DNA of 64,000 nucleotides from Chlorobiaceae bacterium (lineage in GTDB: Bacteria; Bacteroidota; Ignavibacteria; UBA10030; SZUA-254). The notes under the pieces were generated by a model, which was not told where the DNA came from, ran no database searches, and was given only the letters and a program-made list of their open reading frames with translations. The stretch's first letter is position 1. Each line of letters starts with the position of its first letter. Location of the stretch: positions 1,973-65,972 of the forward strand of contig PNNN01000004.1 in NCBI GenBank assembly GCA_013824245.1, given 5' to 3'. Both the position numbers and the translations under genes were made by a program. Shown one piece after another: positions 9,864 to 21,284 of the stretch.

Positions 9864-10286
9864 ATGAAAAAAATTGTTGGTTTTATAAAATTACAAATTC
9901 CTGCCGGTCAAGCTACTCCTGCACCGCCTATTGGTCCAGCGCTGGGCCAAAAAGGTGTGAATATCATGGAGTTCTGCAAGCAATTTAATTCGCGGACGCA
10001 GGATAAGCAAGGACTCATTATTCCCGTGGTTATCACTGTTTTTTCTGATAAGTCGTTCACCTTCATCACAAAAACCCCACCAGCTTCTGTTTTGTTGACA
10101 AAAGCTGCGAAGATTGAAAAAGGATCAGGTGAACCAAATCGAAATAAAGTCGGCAAGGTAACCAAAAAGCAATTGCGAGAAATAGCCGAAACCAAAATGC
10201 CCGATTTGAACGCTAACGATGTTGATGCGGCAATGCAAATGATTGCCGGAACTGCTCGAAGCATGGGAATAACTGTTGAAGATTAA
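9864..10286 (+). CDS. rplK: 50S ribosomal protein L11
   Basis: [35 protein letters not shown]. Confidence 0.97.
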   Translation: MKKIVGFIKLQIPAGQATPAPPIGPALGQKGVNIMEFCKQFNSRTQDKQGLIIPVVITVFSDKSFTFITKTPPASVLLTKAAKIEKGSGEPNRNKVGKVTKKQLREIAETKMPDLNANDVDAAMQMIAGTARSMGITVED

Positions 10287-10305
10287 GAATCATGTTGTCG
10301 TGGAA

Positions 10306-10334
10306 GTTTCGTTTATTAAATAATCGAACGAAAC
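10306..10334 (+). other. 8-bp hairpin in the rplK-rplA spacer
   Basis: gtttcgtt (10306-10313) pairs with aacgaaac (10327-10334). Loop is 13 nt. Confidence 0.4.
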
Positions 10335-10365
10335 GATTGTACCACTTATTGAAAGATAAAATAAA

Positions 10366-11061
10366 ATGAAAAGAAGTAAACGTTACAACGCTGCAATAAA
10401 AAAAGTTGATCAGAAAAAGAATTTCACCATAGAAGATGCGGTAGGAAAAGTGAAAGAAGCCGCTTCTGCCAAATTTAGTGAAGCGGTCGATATAGCTGTA
10501 AAGCTCGGAGTTGATCCTAAGAAAGCCGATCAGGCAATCCGTGGAACCGTTGCACTCCCGCACGGAATTGGCAAAGAAGTTCGCGTTCTTGTAATTGCAA
10601 AACCTCCGAAAGATGAAGAAGCAAAAGCTGCTGGAGCCGATCACGTTGGTTATCAAGATTATCTCCAAAAAATTCAAGCTGGATGGGCAGATATTGATGT
10701 TATCATTGCCACGCCAGATGTTATGGGCGATCTCGGAAAACTTGGAAAAGTTCTTGGTCCCCGTGGTTTGATGCCGAATCCTAAGAGTGGAACAGTCACA
10801 GCAGATATCGGTAAAGCAGTAAAAGAAGTTAAAGCCGGAAAAATCGAATTCCGGGTCGACAAAGCCGGAATAATTCATGCAACAGTTGGAAAAGTTAATT
10901 TCGAAAATCAAAAATTGGTCGAAAATATAAATGCCTTTTTAACAACCGTGGTTCGTCTTAAGCCAGCGTCTGCCAAAGGGCAATATGTGAAGAGCATAGC
11001 CCTCTCAAGCACTATGGGTCCGGGCGTTCATATCGACAAAAATATTGTAGCATTAAAATAG
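10366..11061 (+). CDS. rplA: 50S ribosomal protein L1
   Basis: 231 aa. AVDIAVKLGVDPKKADQAIRGTVALPHG. Confidence 0.97.
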   Translation: MKRSKRYNAAIKKVDQKKNFTIEDAVGKVKEAASAKFSEAVDIAVKLGVDPKKADQAIRGTVALPHGIGKEVRVLVIAKPPKDEEAKAAGADHVGYQDYLQKIQAGWADIDVIIATPDVMGDLGKLGKVLGPRGLMPNPKSGTVTADIGKAVKEVKAGKIEFRVDKAGIIHATVGKVNFENQKLVENINAFLTTVVRLKPASAKGQYVKSIALSSTMGPGVHIDKNIVALK

Positions 11062-11097
11062 AATAAAAAAATTACGCACTCATTAACAATAGAATAT

Positions 11098-11135
11098 GTT
11101 TTCTGTCCGGATATGACCGGAGCTTCTCAGAAAAC
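11098..11135 (+). promoter_or_regulatory. structured rplJ leader (candidate L10-leader-like autoregulatory element)
   Basis: Outer stem gttttctg/cagaaaac (8 bp) encloses the hairpin tccgg-atatga-ccgga and an asymmetric bulge gcttct. Ends 23 nt before the rplJ ATG. Confidence 0.4.
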
Positions 11136-11158
11136 AATAATTCATTTACGAGGTAATC

Positions 11159-11680
11159 ATGAAACGTTCTGAAAAAGAACAGATCATTGCAGATGTGAAA
11201 GAGATGATCGAAAAAGCGAAGGGTATGTACTTCGCCGATTTTACAGGCATTACCGTCGAGCATATAACTGAGCTTCGACGCGAATTCCGAAAATCGAATA
11301 TCGATTATCGTGTTGTAAAAAACACACTCGTTCGCAAAGCTTTAGAAAGTGTTACCGGATACGATCAAGTTATCCCGAAATTAGTGGGCCATACTGGCAT
11401 CGCGTTCGGGTACGAAGATCCGGCAGCGCCCGCAAAGATCATAAAGAAGTTTCGCGATAAGCATAACAAGTTGGCACTCAAAGTTTGTGTACTTGAGAAT
11501 CAAGTCTTTGATGGCACCCATCTTGATGAAATTGCAAAACTTCCTTCACGCAACGATCTCATCGCCGGTATCATCGGAAGTATTCAATCGCCGATATCCA
11601 GTGTGGTCGGAGCAATCAATGCATTAGCACGCGATCTTGTAACGATCATCGATGCAATAGAAAAGAAAAAAGCAGCGTAA
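11159..11680 (+). CDS. rplJ: 50S ribosomal protein L10
   Basis: 173 aa L10 family. Position before rplL. Confidence 0.96.
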   Translation: MKRSEKEQIIADVKEMIEKAKGMYFADFTGITVEHITELRREFRKSNIDYRVVKNTLVRKALESVTGYDQVIPKLVGHTGIAFGYEDPAAPAKIIKKFRDKHNKLALKVCVLENQVFDGTHLDEIAKLPSRNDLIAGIIGSIQSPISSVVGAINALARDLVTIIDAIEKKKAA

Positions 11681-11710
11681 AGTTTAATCATTTAGAATAG
11701 GAGATATTCC

Positions 11711-12088
11711 ATGTCAGTAGTTCAAGAAATCGTTGAAAAAATTGAAAAACTCACGTTACTCGAAGCAGCAGAGTTAAAAAAAGCTCTCGAAGATAAGTTC
11801 GGAGTAACAGCAGCAGCCCCGATGATGATGGGTGGTATGATGCCCGCAGGAGCCGCCGCTGCACCAGTTGAAGTACAAACAGAATTTAACGTTGTACTAA
11901 AAGCAGCCGGTGCGCAAAAAATCAATGTCATCAAAGTCGTTCGTGCAGCCACCGGACTTGGTTTGAAGGAAGCGAAAGATTTAGTTGACGGCGCTCCGAA
12001 AAACGTGAAAGAAAACGTAAGTAAAGACGAAGCCGATAAGCTGAAAAAGGAACTCGAAGAAGCCGGTGCAACTGTAGAGTTAAAGTAA
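11711..12088 (+). CDS. rplL: 50S ribosomal protein L7/L12
   Basis: 125 aa. Ala/Met-rich hinge. C-terminus [12 protein letters not shown]...[10 protein letters not shown]. Confidence 0.97.
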   Translation: MSVVQEIVEKIEKLTLLEAAELKKALEDKFGVTAAAPMMMGGMMPAGAAAAPVEVQTEFNVVLKAAGAQKINVIKVVRAATGLGLKEAKDLVDGAPKNVKENVSKDEADKLKKELEEAGATVELK

Positions 12089-12143
12089 GCTGACGTTGAT
12101 CGAGTACATACTCAGAAACGTTCGGCACCAATGTGAGGTTAGC

Positions 12144-12190
12144 ACCGATAACCATCCGCAAAGATGGTTATCGGTTTGCTATTTTATTTT
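12144..12190 (+). terminator. rho-independent terminator/attenuator between rplL and rpoB
   Basis: Perfect 13-bp stem accgataaccatc/gatggttatcggt, 6-nt loop, then tttgctattttatttt. The same position as the known partial attenuator in E. coli. Confidence 0.75.
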
Positions 12191-12237
12191 GTTTAATGTT
12201 TCGATGATATAGATTTGCAAATTACGATTTTTTTGAG

Positions 12238-15200
12238 GTGATAGAATTGAAGAACCAAACCAACCATACCAACGGGCGAATATCATTTTCTCGAATTCCC
12301 CAAATTGTTGATCAGCCGGATCTACTTAATGTTCAGCTTGAATCGTGGGAAAGTTTTCTCCAAGCTCAAGTTCCACCGGAAAAACGTTTAAATCGTGGGC
12401 TTCAACAGATATTCAAGCTTAGTTTTCCAATCACAGATGCACGCGAAAACTATTTCCTGGAATTCGTTGAATATTATGTTGAGAAACCAAAGTATTCCGT
12501 TATCGAATGCCAGGAACGCGGGCTAACATATGCCGTTCCGCTCAAAGCCAAACTACGTCTTTCAACTAAAAGTGAAGATGGAAAAAGTTTTGTTGACACG
12601 ATGGAACAAGAAGTATATCTCGGTAATTTACCGATGATGACTCATCGCGGAACGTACATCATCAACGGAGCAGAGCGTGTTATAGTCAGCCAGTTGCATC
12701 GTTCGCCGGGTGTTTTCTTCGATGAAACGGTTCATCCAAATGGAATGTCGATATACTCCGCAAGGATCATTCCGTTCCGTGGATCATGGGTTGAGTTTAC
12801 CACAGATATCAGCAACGTGATGTATGTTTACATCGACAGGAAAAAGAAATTTCCCGTTACAACATTGCTCCGTGCAATCGGTTACTCCTCGGATGATGAG
12901 ATTCTGCTATTATTTAATCTTATCGAAGAAGTTGATCCTCAAAAAATCAATCTTAAAGATTACATCGGCAGAATAGTCTGCAGCGATGTGGTAGATAAAA
13001 AGACGGGTGAAATTTTTATCAACAAAGATTCACTGTTCTCTGAAGAGCTGCTAAAAAAAGTTAAAAAAGCAGAAATCAAAAAAATAAAATTTTTAAAAGC
13101 CGAAGGTGTTGGCGAAAGCTCGGTAATCGCAAATACAATTTTGAAAGATACAGCCAGAACCGACGAAGAAGCTTTAAACAATATTTATCAGCAGTTGAGA
13201 TCCGGTGAAGCACCCGACCTTGACACAGCAAAGAATTTATTCGAGCGACTTTTCTTCAACGAAAAACGGTACGATCTTGGTGAAGTTGGCAGATTCAGGA
13301 TGAATGAAAAGTTACGGCTCGATGTTCCAGTTACTACTACAACCCTAACAAAACAAGATATAATTGCTATCATCAATTATCTTCTCGATTTACAGCAGGG
13401 AAGAAAATCTATTGACGATATCGATCATCTTGGAAACCGTCGGGTTCGAACCGTTGGCGAACAGATAGGTCAGCAATTCAATATTGGACTAGCGCGTATG
13501 GCGCGGACAATTCGAGAGCGTTTGAGTTTGCGCGATCAGGAAAGAGTATCTCCTCAAGACCTGGTGAATGCTCGAACCATTACAAGTGTAATAAATGCAT
13601 TCTTCGGCACAAACCAGTTATCACAATTCATGGATCAAACAAATCCGTTAGCCGAGATTACGCACAAACGTCGTATGTCTGCTCTCGGACCAGGTGGACT
13701 TACACGCGAACGCGCAGGGTTCGAAGTCCGCGACGTTCACTACACTCATTACGGTCGTCTTTGCCCAATCGAAACCCCCGAAGGACCAAATATCGGTTTG
13801 ATTTCTTCGATGTGTATTTATGCGCGGGTGAATCCTTTTGGATTCATCGAAACCCCATATCGCAAAGTTAAGAATGGCAGGGCAACTGATGAGATCGAAT
13901 TCATGACTGCCGAGAAAGAAGATACATATGCCATTGCCCAGACAAATACACAGATTGATGACAAAGGAAAATTTCTCACAGAGCGTTTGAAGGCGAGATA
14001 TCAGAGCGATTATCCTCTGTTAAAACCGGAAGAAGTTCAATATCTCGATGTTGCCCCAAGCCAGATTGTAAGTGCCGCAGCAGCATTGATACCATTTTTG
14101 GAACACGACGATGCTAACCGCGCTCTGATGGGATCGAATATGCAACGGCAGGCAGTGCCTCTTTTACGTCCGGAAGCTCCAATAGTCGGAACAGGACTGG
14201 AAGGAAAGATCGCGAATGACGCACGAACCATGGTTGTTGCGGAGCGGAACGGAGTAGTTGAATTTGTAGATTCAAATTCAATAATCGTTAATTACGATAT
14301 CGACGAGGCAAGCCCGGATGTTGTGGTAAGTTTTGAAGATAAAAAACGTGTTGAATACAAATTGATAAAATTTTTCAGAACCAATCAAGATACGTCAATC
14401 AACCAGCGCGCAATAGTTAAACCGGGTCAAAAAGTTCGAAAAGGAGATATACTTGCCGATGGCTGTGCAACCGAGCATGGCGAGTTGGCACTTGGCAGAA
14501 ACATACTTGTGGCATTCATGCCATGGCGCGGTTACAATTTTGAAGATGCTATAGTCATCAACGAACGAATAGTGGCAGAAGATGTTTTTACCTCGCTACA
14601 CATTGAGGAATTTGAACTTCAGGTGCGCGATACAAAACGCGGTGAAGAAGAATTAACAAGAGAAATACCGAATGTAAGCGAAGAAGCAGTGAAAGATTTG
14701 GATGAAAATGGTGTGATCCGAGTAGGTGCCGAAGTAGTTGAAGGCGATATCCTCATCGGAAAAATAACTCCAAAAGGTGAAACCGAATCTACACCAGAAG
14801 AAAAACTATTAAAAGCTATCTTCGGCGAGAAAGCCGGTGATGTTAAAGATGCTTCATTGAAAGCCCCGCCTGGAATGAAAGGAATCGTCATTTCAACAAA
14901 ATTGTTCAGCCGCAAACGCAAAGATTCCGAATCGAAGAAAGAAGATAAGCGGCTTGGTGATCAATTAGATAAAGCGCAGAAGAAAGCCACCCAAGACGCA
15001 CATGATTTTCTTGCGAAAAAACTCGGGCTACTCTTGAATGGTGAAAAATTATCGACTATTCGAAGTAAAAATGGAGATGTAATAATTCGCGGTGGAACTC
15101 AAGCAACTTTTGAAACCTTCTCGAAAATTTCGGACTTCGAAAAACTTGATTATACGGCAGATTGGGTTGAGGATAAGAAAAAGAATTCTCTCTTAATTAA

Positions 15201-16023
15201 ATTATATGAAAATTTCTTCCAGCGATTAACCGATATTGAAGAATATTACAAGCACGAGAAAACCAAAATAATGCTTGGCGATGAATTACCGTCCGGTATT
15301 GTTCAGCTTGCAAAAGTATATATCGCAAAGAAAAGAAAATTATCAGTCGGCGATAAAATGGCAGGCAGACACGGAAATAAAGGTGTTGTTGCTAAAATAG
15401 TTCCGAAAGAAGATATGCCTTTCATGCTCGATGGAACACCTGTGGACATAGTATTAAATCCGCTTGGCGTACCGTCTCGTATGAATTTGGGGCAATTGTT
15501 TGAAACTGCTCTGGGTTGGGCTGGCATTAAATTGAAGACAAAATATTCCTCACCTATTTTTGACGGAGCAACGTGGGAAGAGGTTCAACACGAGCTTGAA
15601 AAAGCCGGATTGGACACAAATTCCAAAGCGGCACTCATCGATGGGCGTACCGGAGAAAAATTCGATCAGGAAACTACAATCGGTTTCATCTACATGATGA
15701 AATTATCTCATCTTGTTGATGATAAAATTCATGCACGCTCTATTGGTCCATATTCGCTCATTACCCAGCAGCCACTCGGTGGCAAAGCACAATTCGGTGG
15801 TCAAAGATTCGGAGAAATGGAAGTGTGGGCGCTTGAAGCATATGGAGCTGCAAACACCCTTCAAGAAATATTGACCGTAAAGAGCGACGACGTTTATGGC
15901 CGCGCAAAACTTTATGAAGCGATAGTAAAGGGTGATAACCTCCCCGAACCAAATGTACCTGAATCGTTCAACGTCCTTGTACGCGAGTTAATGGGATTGG
16001 GGTTAGATCTTAAGATTGAATAA
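12238..16023 (+). CDS. rpoB: DNA-directed RNA polymerase subunit beta
   Basis: 1261 aa, GTG start. Canonical beta-subunit blocks (e.g. [13 protein letters not shown]). Confidence 0.98.
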   Translation: MIELKNQTNHTNGRISFSRIPQIVDQPDLLNVQLESWESFLQAQVPPEKRLNRGLQQIFKLSFPITDARENYFLEFVEYYVEKPKYSVIECQERGLTYAVPLKAKLRLSTKSEDGKSFVDTMEQEVYLGNLPMMTHRGTYIINGAERVIVSQLHRSPGVFFDETVHPNGMSIYSARIIPFRGSWVEFTTDISNVMYVYIDRKKKFPVTTLLRAIGYSSDDEILLLFNLIEEVDPQKINLKDYIGRIVCSDVVDKKTGEIFINKDSLFSEELLKKVKKAEIKKIKFLKAEGVGESSVIANTILKDTARTDEEALNNIYQQLRSGEAPDLDTAKNLFERLFFNEKRYDLGEVGRFRMNEKLRLDVPVTTTTLTKQDIIAIINYLLDLQQGRKSIDDIDHLGNRRVRTVGEQIGQQFNIGLARMARTIRERLSLRDQERVSPQDLVNARTITSVINAFFGTNQLSQFMDQTNPLAEITHKRRMSALGPGGLTRERAGFEVRDVHYTHYGRLCPIETPEGPNIGLISSMCIYARVNPFGFIETPYRKVKNGRATDEIEFMTAEKEDTYAIAQTNTQIDDKGKFLTERLKARYQSDYPLLKPEEVQYLDVAPSQIVSAAAALIPFLEHDDANRALMGSNMQRQAVPLLRPEAPIVGTGLEGKIANDARTMVVAERNGVVEFVDSNSIIVNYDIDEASPDVVVSFEDKKRVEYKLIKFFRTNQDTSINQRAIVKPGQKVRKGDILADGCATEHGELALGRNILVAFMPWRGYNFEDAIVINERIVAEDVFTSLHIEEFELQVRDTKRGEEELTREIPNVSEEAVKDLDENGVIRVGAEVVEGDILIGKITPKGETESTPEEKLLKAIFGEKAGDVKDASLKAPPGMKGIVISTKLFSRKRKDSESKKEDKRLGDQLDKAQKKATQDAHDFLAKKLGLLLNGEKLSTIRSKNGDVIIRGGTQATFETFSKISDFEKLDYTADWVEDKKKNSLLIKLYENFFQRLTDIEEYYKHEKTKIMLGDELPSGIVQLAKVYIAKKRKLSVGDKMAGRHGNKGVVAKIVPKEDMPFMLDGTPVDIVLNPLGVPSRMNLGQLFETALGWAGIKLKTKYSSPIFDGATWEEVQHELEKAGLDTNSKAALIDGRTGEKFDQETTIGFIYMMKLSHLVDDKIHARSIGPYSLITQQPLGGKAQFGGQRFGEMEVWALEAYGAANTLQEILTVKSDDVYGRAKLYEAIVKGDNLPEPNVPESFNVLVRELMGLGLDLKIE

Positions 16024-16043
16024 CTAGAGATTGGAGATTATTA

Positions 16044-19000
16044 ATGGCATTCGCAACACACGATACTTTGGCGAAGAAAACTTTTTCAAAAATTACTATA
16101 ACGCTGGCATCATCCGATTTGATACTCTCTCGCTCTCACGGCGAAGTAACAAAACCGGAAACGGTGAATTACCGTTCGTTCCGGCCTGAGAAAGACGGGC
16201 TTTTCTGCGAGAAAATTTTTGGACCAGTCCGCGACTGGGAATGTCATTGCGGAAAGTATAAACGGATCAGGTACAAAGGAATCATTTGTGACCGATGTGG
16301 CGTTGAAGTAACACAAAAAAGCGTTCGTCGCGAACGCATGGGACACATTGCCTTATCTGTACCGATTGTACACATTTGGTATTTTCGTTCAGCTCCATCG
16401 AAAATTGGTAATATCCTGGGTGTGACTGGAAAAGATTTAGAAAAAATTGTCTACTACGAATCATACGTTGTCATTCAACCCGGAACAACCGGATTGCAAA
16501 AAATGGATCTTCTATCGGAGGAACAATATTATGACATACTTGGAACTTTGCCTGAAAAAAATCAGCATTTAGAAGATTCCGACGAGAAAAAATTTATTGC
16601 AAAAATCGGCGGCGAAGCAGTAAAGGAATTACTGAAACGAGTGGAAGTTGAGTCTTTGTCTGCCGAGCTTCGTGTCAATGTACATTCAGAGCCATCGGTT
16701 CAGAAGAAACAAGAATTTCTTAAAAGATTAGCGGTAGTTGAAGCATTTCGCGAGAGAGAAAATGGTCCACTGAACAAACCGGAATGGATGGTTCTTGATG
16801 TAATACCTGTGATTCCTCCGGAGTTACGCCCACTTGTTCCGCTCGAAGGTGGTCGGTTTGCAACTTCCGATCTTAACGATCTTTATCGTAGGGTTATCAT
16901 CAGAAACAATCGTTTAAGACGATTAATAGAAATTAAAGCACCTGAAGTTATATTGCGAAACGAAAAGCGAATGCTTCAAGAAGCTGTTGATTCACTTTTC
17001 GATAATTCGCGAAGAGCAAATGCCGTCCGGTCCGATAATAATCGTGCGCTTAAATCTCTTTCAGACATGTTAAAAGGTAAGCAGGGGCGTTTCCGCCAGA
17101 ATCTACTTGGGAAGCGTGTTGATTATTCCGGTCGTTCAGTTATTGTTGTAGGTCCTGAATTAAAACTCCACGAATGTGGATTGCCGAAAGATATGGCAGT
17201 TGAACTATTCAAACCGTTCATCATTCGAAAATTGATTGAGCGTGGATTAGTGAAGACAGTGAAGAGTGCCAAAAAATTGGTAGACAAAAAAGGTCAAGAA
17301 GTCTGGGAAATTTTAGAAAACATCATAGATGGACATCCGGTGCTTCTAAATCGTGCGCCTACACTTCATCGGCTCGGCATTCAAGCGTTTCAACCTGTAT
17401 TGATTGAAGGCAGAGCAATACAAATACATCCGATGGTATGTACTGCGTTCAATGCCGATTTCGACGGCGATCAGATGGCTGTGCACATTCCATTGTCTTA
17501 TGATTCACAGTTGGAAGCACGCATACTTATGCTTTCGAGCCATAATATTTTATCTCCATCCAGCGGAGCTCCAATTGTTCATCCAACTCAGGATCAAGTA
17601 CTAGGTTGTTATTATCTGACAAAATCGAGGTCAGGTGATCTTGGGGATGCAAAGGTATTCAGTTCTCCTGAAGAAGTAATAATAGCGAACGATTCAGGAA
17701 AGGTTGGATTGCACGCGAAGATTAAAGTCAGAATCGGTGGAAAGCTAATTGATACAACGACCGGTCGTGTTCTATTCAATCAAATAGTTCCGAAGGAACT
17801 CGGTTACATCAATGAGCTTCTTAATAAAAAACGACTCGTCCAGATTGTTCAAACTGTGTTCCGCACTTGCGGAAATGTGCGAACAGCAGAATTTTTAGAT
17901 CGATTGAAAGAGCTTGGATTTACGTACGCAACAAAAGCCGGAATGTCGGTCAGTGTGGGTGATGTTATTATCCCCAAAGAAAAAGATGAAATTATCACAA
18001 AAGCGTTCAAAGAGGTTGATAATGTCCAGAATCAATATTTCAGAGGATTTATCACCAATGGCGAACGTTATAATAAGGTGATCGATATTTGGACACGCAC
18101 AACGAATCGGGTTGCTGAAAAACTATTCGATTCATTGCAGCACGATCGAGACGGGTTTAACTCGCTCTATATGATGGTCGATTCAGGTGCGCGTGGTTCT
18201 AAAGAACAAGTGCGTCAGCTTGCCGGCATGCGTGGCTTGATGGCGAAACCACAAAAGAGTTTATCGGGAGCCACCGGTGAATTGATCGAAAATCCGATAG
18301 TTGCAAACTTTAGAGAAGGGTTATCGATTCTCGAATATTTTATATCTACTCACGGTGCGCGTAAAGGGTTGGCAGATACAGCGTTGAAGACTGCCGATGC
18401 AGGATATTTAACGAGGCGTTTAGTAGACGTGGCTCAAGATGCAATTGTTGCAATGGAAGATTGCGGAACCATACGCGGAGTTTTAACCGGTGCCTTGAAA
18501 GAGGGCGAGGACGTGAAAGAACCGCTGTCTGAAAGAATATTAGGACGCGTTGCAGTTCACGATGTCGTTAATCCAATAACAAAAGAAGTGCTCGTCAAAG
18601 CCGGTGAAGAAATTGATGAGAGGAAAGCATTTGCTATCTCAGAAACATCGATAGAAGCAATTGAGATAAGGTCGGTGCTCGCATGCGAAGCAAAGCGGGG
18701 TATATGCGCTAAATGCTATGGACGAAATTTAACTACTTCAAAAATTGTTGAGCCGGGTGAGCCCGTTGGTATCATAGCCGCGCAATCAATCGGTGAACCG
18801 GGAACTCAGTTGACACTCCGAACATTCCACACTGGTGGAACTGCAAGTTTAATTGCAACTCAGTCTCAGATCGTATCGAAATTCGAGGGTAGAGCTGTTT
18901 ATGATGGAATCAAATATATTAAATCATCAGATGAAGACGGCAAGCTAATTGTTCTAGGCCGTAGCGGAATTGTTAATATAGTTGATTCAGATAATCGTGT

Positions 19001-20321
19001 TTTAACTAAATATGATGTTCCTTATGGTGCATCTCTTCTTATAATTGATAATGCCCCAATTGGTAAAGGGGAAATTGTATATGAATGGGATCCGTATAAT
19101 GCAGTAATCATCACGGAACATTCCGGTGTTGTAAAATATCAAGACTTGAAAGAAAACCTTACATATAGAGAAGAACCGGATGAGCAAACGGGTCATATTC
19201 AAAAAGTGGTTATTGATACAAGAGATAGGACTTTAAGTCCAATGCTAATAATTCAAGATGCAGAAGGACAAACTATCAGCAGTTATATTATTCCGACACG
19301 TGCCCATCTTAATGTTGATGATAATCAAGCGATAGAGTCAGGAACGGTCTTAGTGAAGATTCCTCGTGATAGTGGTAAGACACGTGATATCACAGGTGGT
19401 CTGCCGCGAGTGACTGAGTTATTTGAAGCTCGTAGTCCTGCCGATCCAGCCATTGTTTCTGAAATCGATGGAGTTGTAAGTTTCGGAGCGCAAAAGCGTG
19501 GTTCACGCGAACTTATCGTAAAGAGTCATGATGGTCATGATCAACGACAATATTTAATACCGATGGGTAAACATATCCTAGCTCAGGATAATGATGTAGT
19601 ACATGCAGGTGAACGATTATCTGATGGTGCAATCGAACCACACGATATTTTAAGAATCAAAGGTGTCGGTTCTGTTCAACAATATCTTGTGAATGAAATT
19701 CAAGAAGTTTATCGAATGCAAGGTGTAAAAATAAACGACAAGCATATCGAAGTTATCGTTCGTCAGATGATGCAAAAGGTTCGTGTTATTGAGCCGGGTG
19801 ACACTCGATTTTTGGAAGACGATAACGTTGATATTCATTCTTTAAATGCAGAGAATGATTTGCTACTCGATCAAGTAATAGTAACTAGCAAAGGTGATTC
19901 GAAATTAAAGAACGGTCAGGTAATTTCTAAAAAGAAGGTTCGTGAACTTAATATAGATTTACGAAAGAAGAGTAAAAAAATAGTTGAGTTCAGAGATGCA
20001 GAACCTGCAACGGCTGAACCAGTTCTTCTTGGAATAACTCAAGCGGCTTTATCAACAGAGAGTTTTATCTCTGCCGCATCATTCCAAGAAACAACAAAAG
20101 TTCTAACCGATGCTGCAATTCAAGGAAAAGTTGATCATTTATTAGGTTTAAAAGAGAATGTAATCATGGGACATTTGATCCCTGCAGGTACCGGATTAAA
20201 AAAATTCCGAAACTTAATAGTTACATCTAAAGATGAAACAATGATTGAAGAAGAACTTTCAGTTATCGAAGATATTCCTGAAAAAAAGAAAATAAAGAAA
20301 AAAGAAAAAATATCTTCATAA
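16044..20321 (+). CDS. rpoC: DNA-directed RNA polymerase subunit beta'
   Basis: 1425 aa. Zn finger [20 protein letters not shown]. Catalytic NADFDGDQM. Confidence 0.98.
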   Translation: MAFATHDTLAKKTFSKITITLASSDLILSRSHGEVTKPETVNYRSFRPEKDGLFCEKIFGPVRDWECHCGKYKRIRYKGIICDRCGVEVTQKSVRRERMGHIALSVPIVHIWYFRSAPSKIGNILGVTGKDLEKIVYYESYVVIQPGTTGLQKMDLLSEEQYYDILGTLPEKNQHLEDSDEKKFIAKIGGEAVKELLKRVEVESLSAELRVNVHSEPSVQKKQEFLKRLAVVEAFRERENGPLNKPEWMVLDVIPVIPPELRPLVPLEGGRFATSDLNDLYRRVIIRNNRLRRLIEIKAPEVILRNEKRMLQEAVDSLFDNSRRANAVRSDNNRALKSLSDMLKGKQGRFRQNLLGKRVDYSGRSVIVVGPELKLHECGLPKDMAVELFKPFIIRKLIERGLVKTVKSAKKLVDKKGQEVWEILENIIDGHPVLLNRAPTLHRLGIQAFQPVLIEGRAIQIHPMVCTAFNADFDGDQMAVHIPLSYDSQLEARILMLSSHNILSPSSGAPIVHPTQDQVLGCYYLTKSRSGDLGDAKVFSSPEEVIIANDSGKVGLHAKIKVRIGGKLIDTTTGRVLFNQIVPKELGYINELLNKKRLVQIVQTVFRTCGNVRTAEFLDRLKELGFTYATKAGMSVSVGDVIIPKEKDEIITKAFKEVDNVQNQYFRGFITNGERYNKVIDIWTRTTNRVAEKLFDSLQHDRDGFNSLYMMVDSGARGSKEQVRQLAGMRGLMAKPQKSLSGATGELIENPIVANFREGLSILEYFISTHGARKGLADTALKTADAGYLTRRLVDVAQDAIVAMEDCGTIRGVLTGALKEGEDVKEPLSERILGRVAVHDVVNPITKEVLVKAGEEIDERKAFAISETSIEAIEIRSVLACEAKRGICAKCYGRNLTTSKIVEPGEPVGIIAAQSIGEPGTQLTLRTFHTGGTASLIATQSQIVSKFEGRAVYDGIKYIKSSDEDGKLIVLGRSGIVNIVDSDNRVLTKYDVPYGASLLIIDNAPIGKGEIVYEWDPYNAVIITEHSGVVKYQDLKENLTYREEPDEQTGHIQKVVIDTRDRTLSPMLIIQDAEGQTISSYIIPTRAHLNVDDNQAIESGTVLVKIPRDSGKTRDITGGLPRVTELFEARSPADPAIVSEIDGVVSFGAQKRGSRELIVKSHDGHDQRQYLIPMGKHILAQDNDVVHAGERLSDGAIEPHDILRIKGVGSVQQYLVNEIQEVYRMQGVKINDKHIEVIVRQMMQKVRVIEPGDTRFLEDDNVDIHSLNAENDLLLDQVIVTSKGDSKLKNGQVISKKKVRELNIDLRKKSKKIVEFRDAEPATAEPVLLGITQAALSTESFISAASFQETTKVLTDAAIQGKVDHLLGLKENVIMGHLIPAGTGLKKFRNLIVTSKDETMIEEELSVIEDIPEKKKIKKKEKISS

Positions 20322-20325
20322 AAAA

Positions 20326-20354
20326 TTGACTAATGTTGAAAAATTTCATATATT
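20326..20354 (+). promoter_or_regulatory. candidate sigma70-like promoter for the rpsL (str) operon
   Basis: TTGACT (20326-20331), 17-nt spacer, TATATT (20349-20354), about 35 nt before the rpsL TTG start. It is unknown whether this lineage uses the classical -35/-10. Confidence 0.3.
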
Positions 20355-20388
20355 TATAAACTTTTGGAAAATTCAGGAGTTTGAATAA

Positions 20389-20763
20389 TTGCCCACTATC
20401 AATCAATTAATAAGATTTAGTCGACAAGACGTAACCTGGAAGAGTAAAGCCCCAGCATTACAGGAGTCGCCACAAAAACGCGGTGTATGTACGAGGGTGT
20501 ATACAACTACCCCTAAAAAGCCTAATTCTGCATTAAGGAAGGTGGCTCGTGTACGTTTAACCAATGGTATCGAAGTAACCGCATATATCCCCGGTGAAGG
20601 CCATAACCTTCAAGAGCACTCTATTGTGCTGATTCGCGGGGGTAGGGTAAAAGATTTACCCGGTGTCAGATACCATATAATTCGTGGTACATTGGATACT
20701 GCGGGTGTAACAGACAGAAAACAAGGTCGATCTAAGTACGGCGCAAAGAGGCCAAAAAAGTAA
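20389..20763 (+). CDS. rpsL: 30S ribosomal protein S12
   Basis: TTG start. PTINQLIR...[10 protein letters not shown]. Confidence 0.97.
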   Translation: MPTINQLIRFSRQDVTWKSKAPALQESPQKRGVCTRVYTTTPKKPNSALRKVARVRLTNGIEVTAYIPGEGHNLQEHSIVLIRGGRVKDLPGVRYHIIRGTLDTAGVTDRKQGRSKYGAKRPKK

Positions 20764-20764
20764 T

Positions 20765-21235
20765 ATGAGAAAAAAATCAGCAGGAAAACGATTCGTAACC
20801 CCAGACCCCAAATTTAATGATATTTTGGTCGGTAGGTTTATAAATAACGTTCTAAAGCAGGGTAAAAAGCATTGTGCCCGAAAAATTGTATATGATGCTT
20901 TCGAGATAGCCGGGCAAAGATCAAAAGATGTCAGCGGTTTCGATGTTTTCAAAAAAGCTATCAGTAATGTTAAACCTATTTTAGAAATTCGGGCAAGACG
21001 TGTTGGTGGTGCTACATATCAGATACCGACAGAAGTAAGGCAAGATCGTAGTGTTGCTCTTGCCATAAGATGGCTGATTAATTATGCTAATGATCGTAAA
21101 GATAAATCAATGGCATTAAAACTTGCGGCAGAATTCCTTGCTGCTGCAAATAATGAAGGTGGTGCGGTTAAAAAACGTGAAGATACGCACAAAATGGCAG
21201 AAGCAAATAAAGCCTTCGCTCATTTTAAATTTTAG
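20765..21235 (+). CDS. rpsG: 30S ribosomal protein S7
   Basis: 156 aa S7 family. Conserved position. Confidence 0.97.
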   Translation: MRKKSAGKRFVTPDPKFNDILVGRFINNVLKQGKKHCARKIVYDAFEIAGQRSKDVSGFDVFKKAISNVKPILEIRARRVGGATYQIPTEVRQDRSVALAIRWLINYANDRKDKSMALKLAAEFLAAANNEGGAVKKREDTHKMAEANKAFAHFKF

Positions 21236-21284
21236 ATATAAGTTAAGATATTTTGATTTGATGGAAAGATAGATTTTTTAGGAA

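Noticed and set aside
10213-10911. 232-aa minus-strand ORF antisense to rplK/rplA. Similar long antisense ORFs occur at 26329-26820, 30906-31427, 35443-35904, 40631-41062, 41998-42477, 49614-50060 and 57764-58327.
   Set aside because: All lie fully inside strongly supported conserved genes on the other strand. Their products are low-complexity F/I/S/N/C-rich. They are the expected by-product of purine-rich sense codons in an AT-rich genome.
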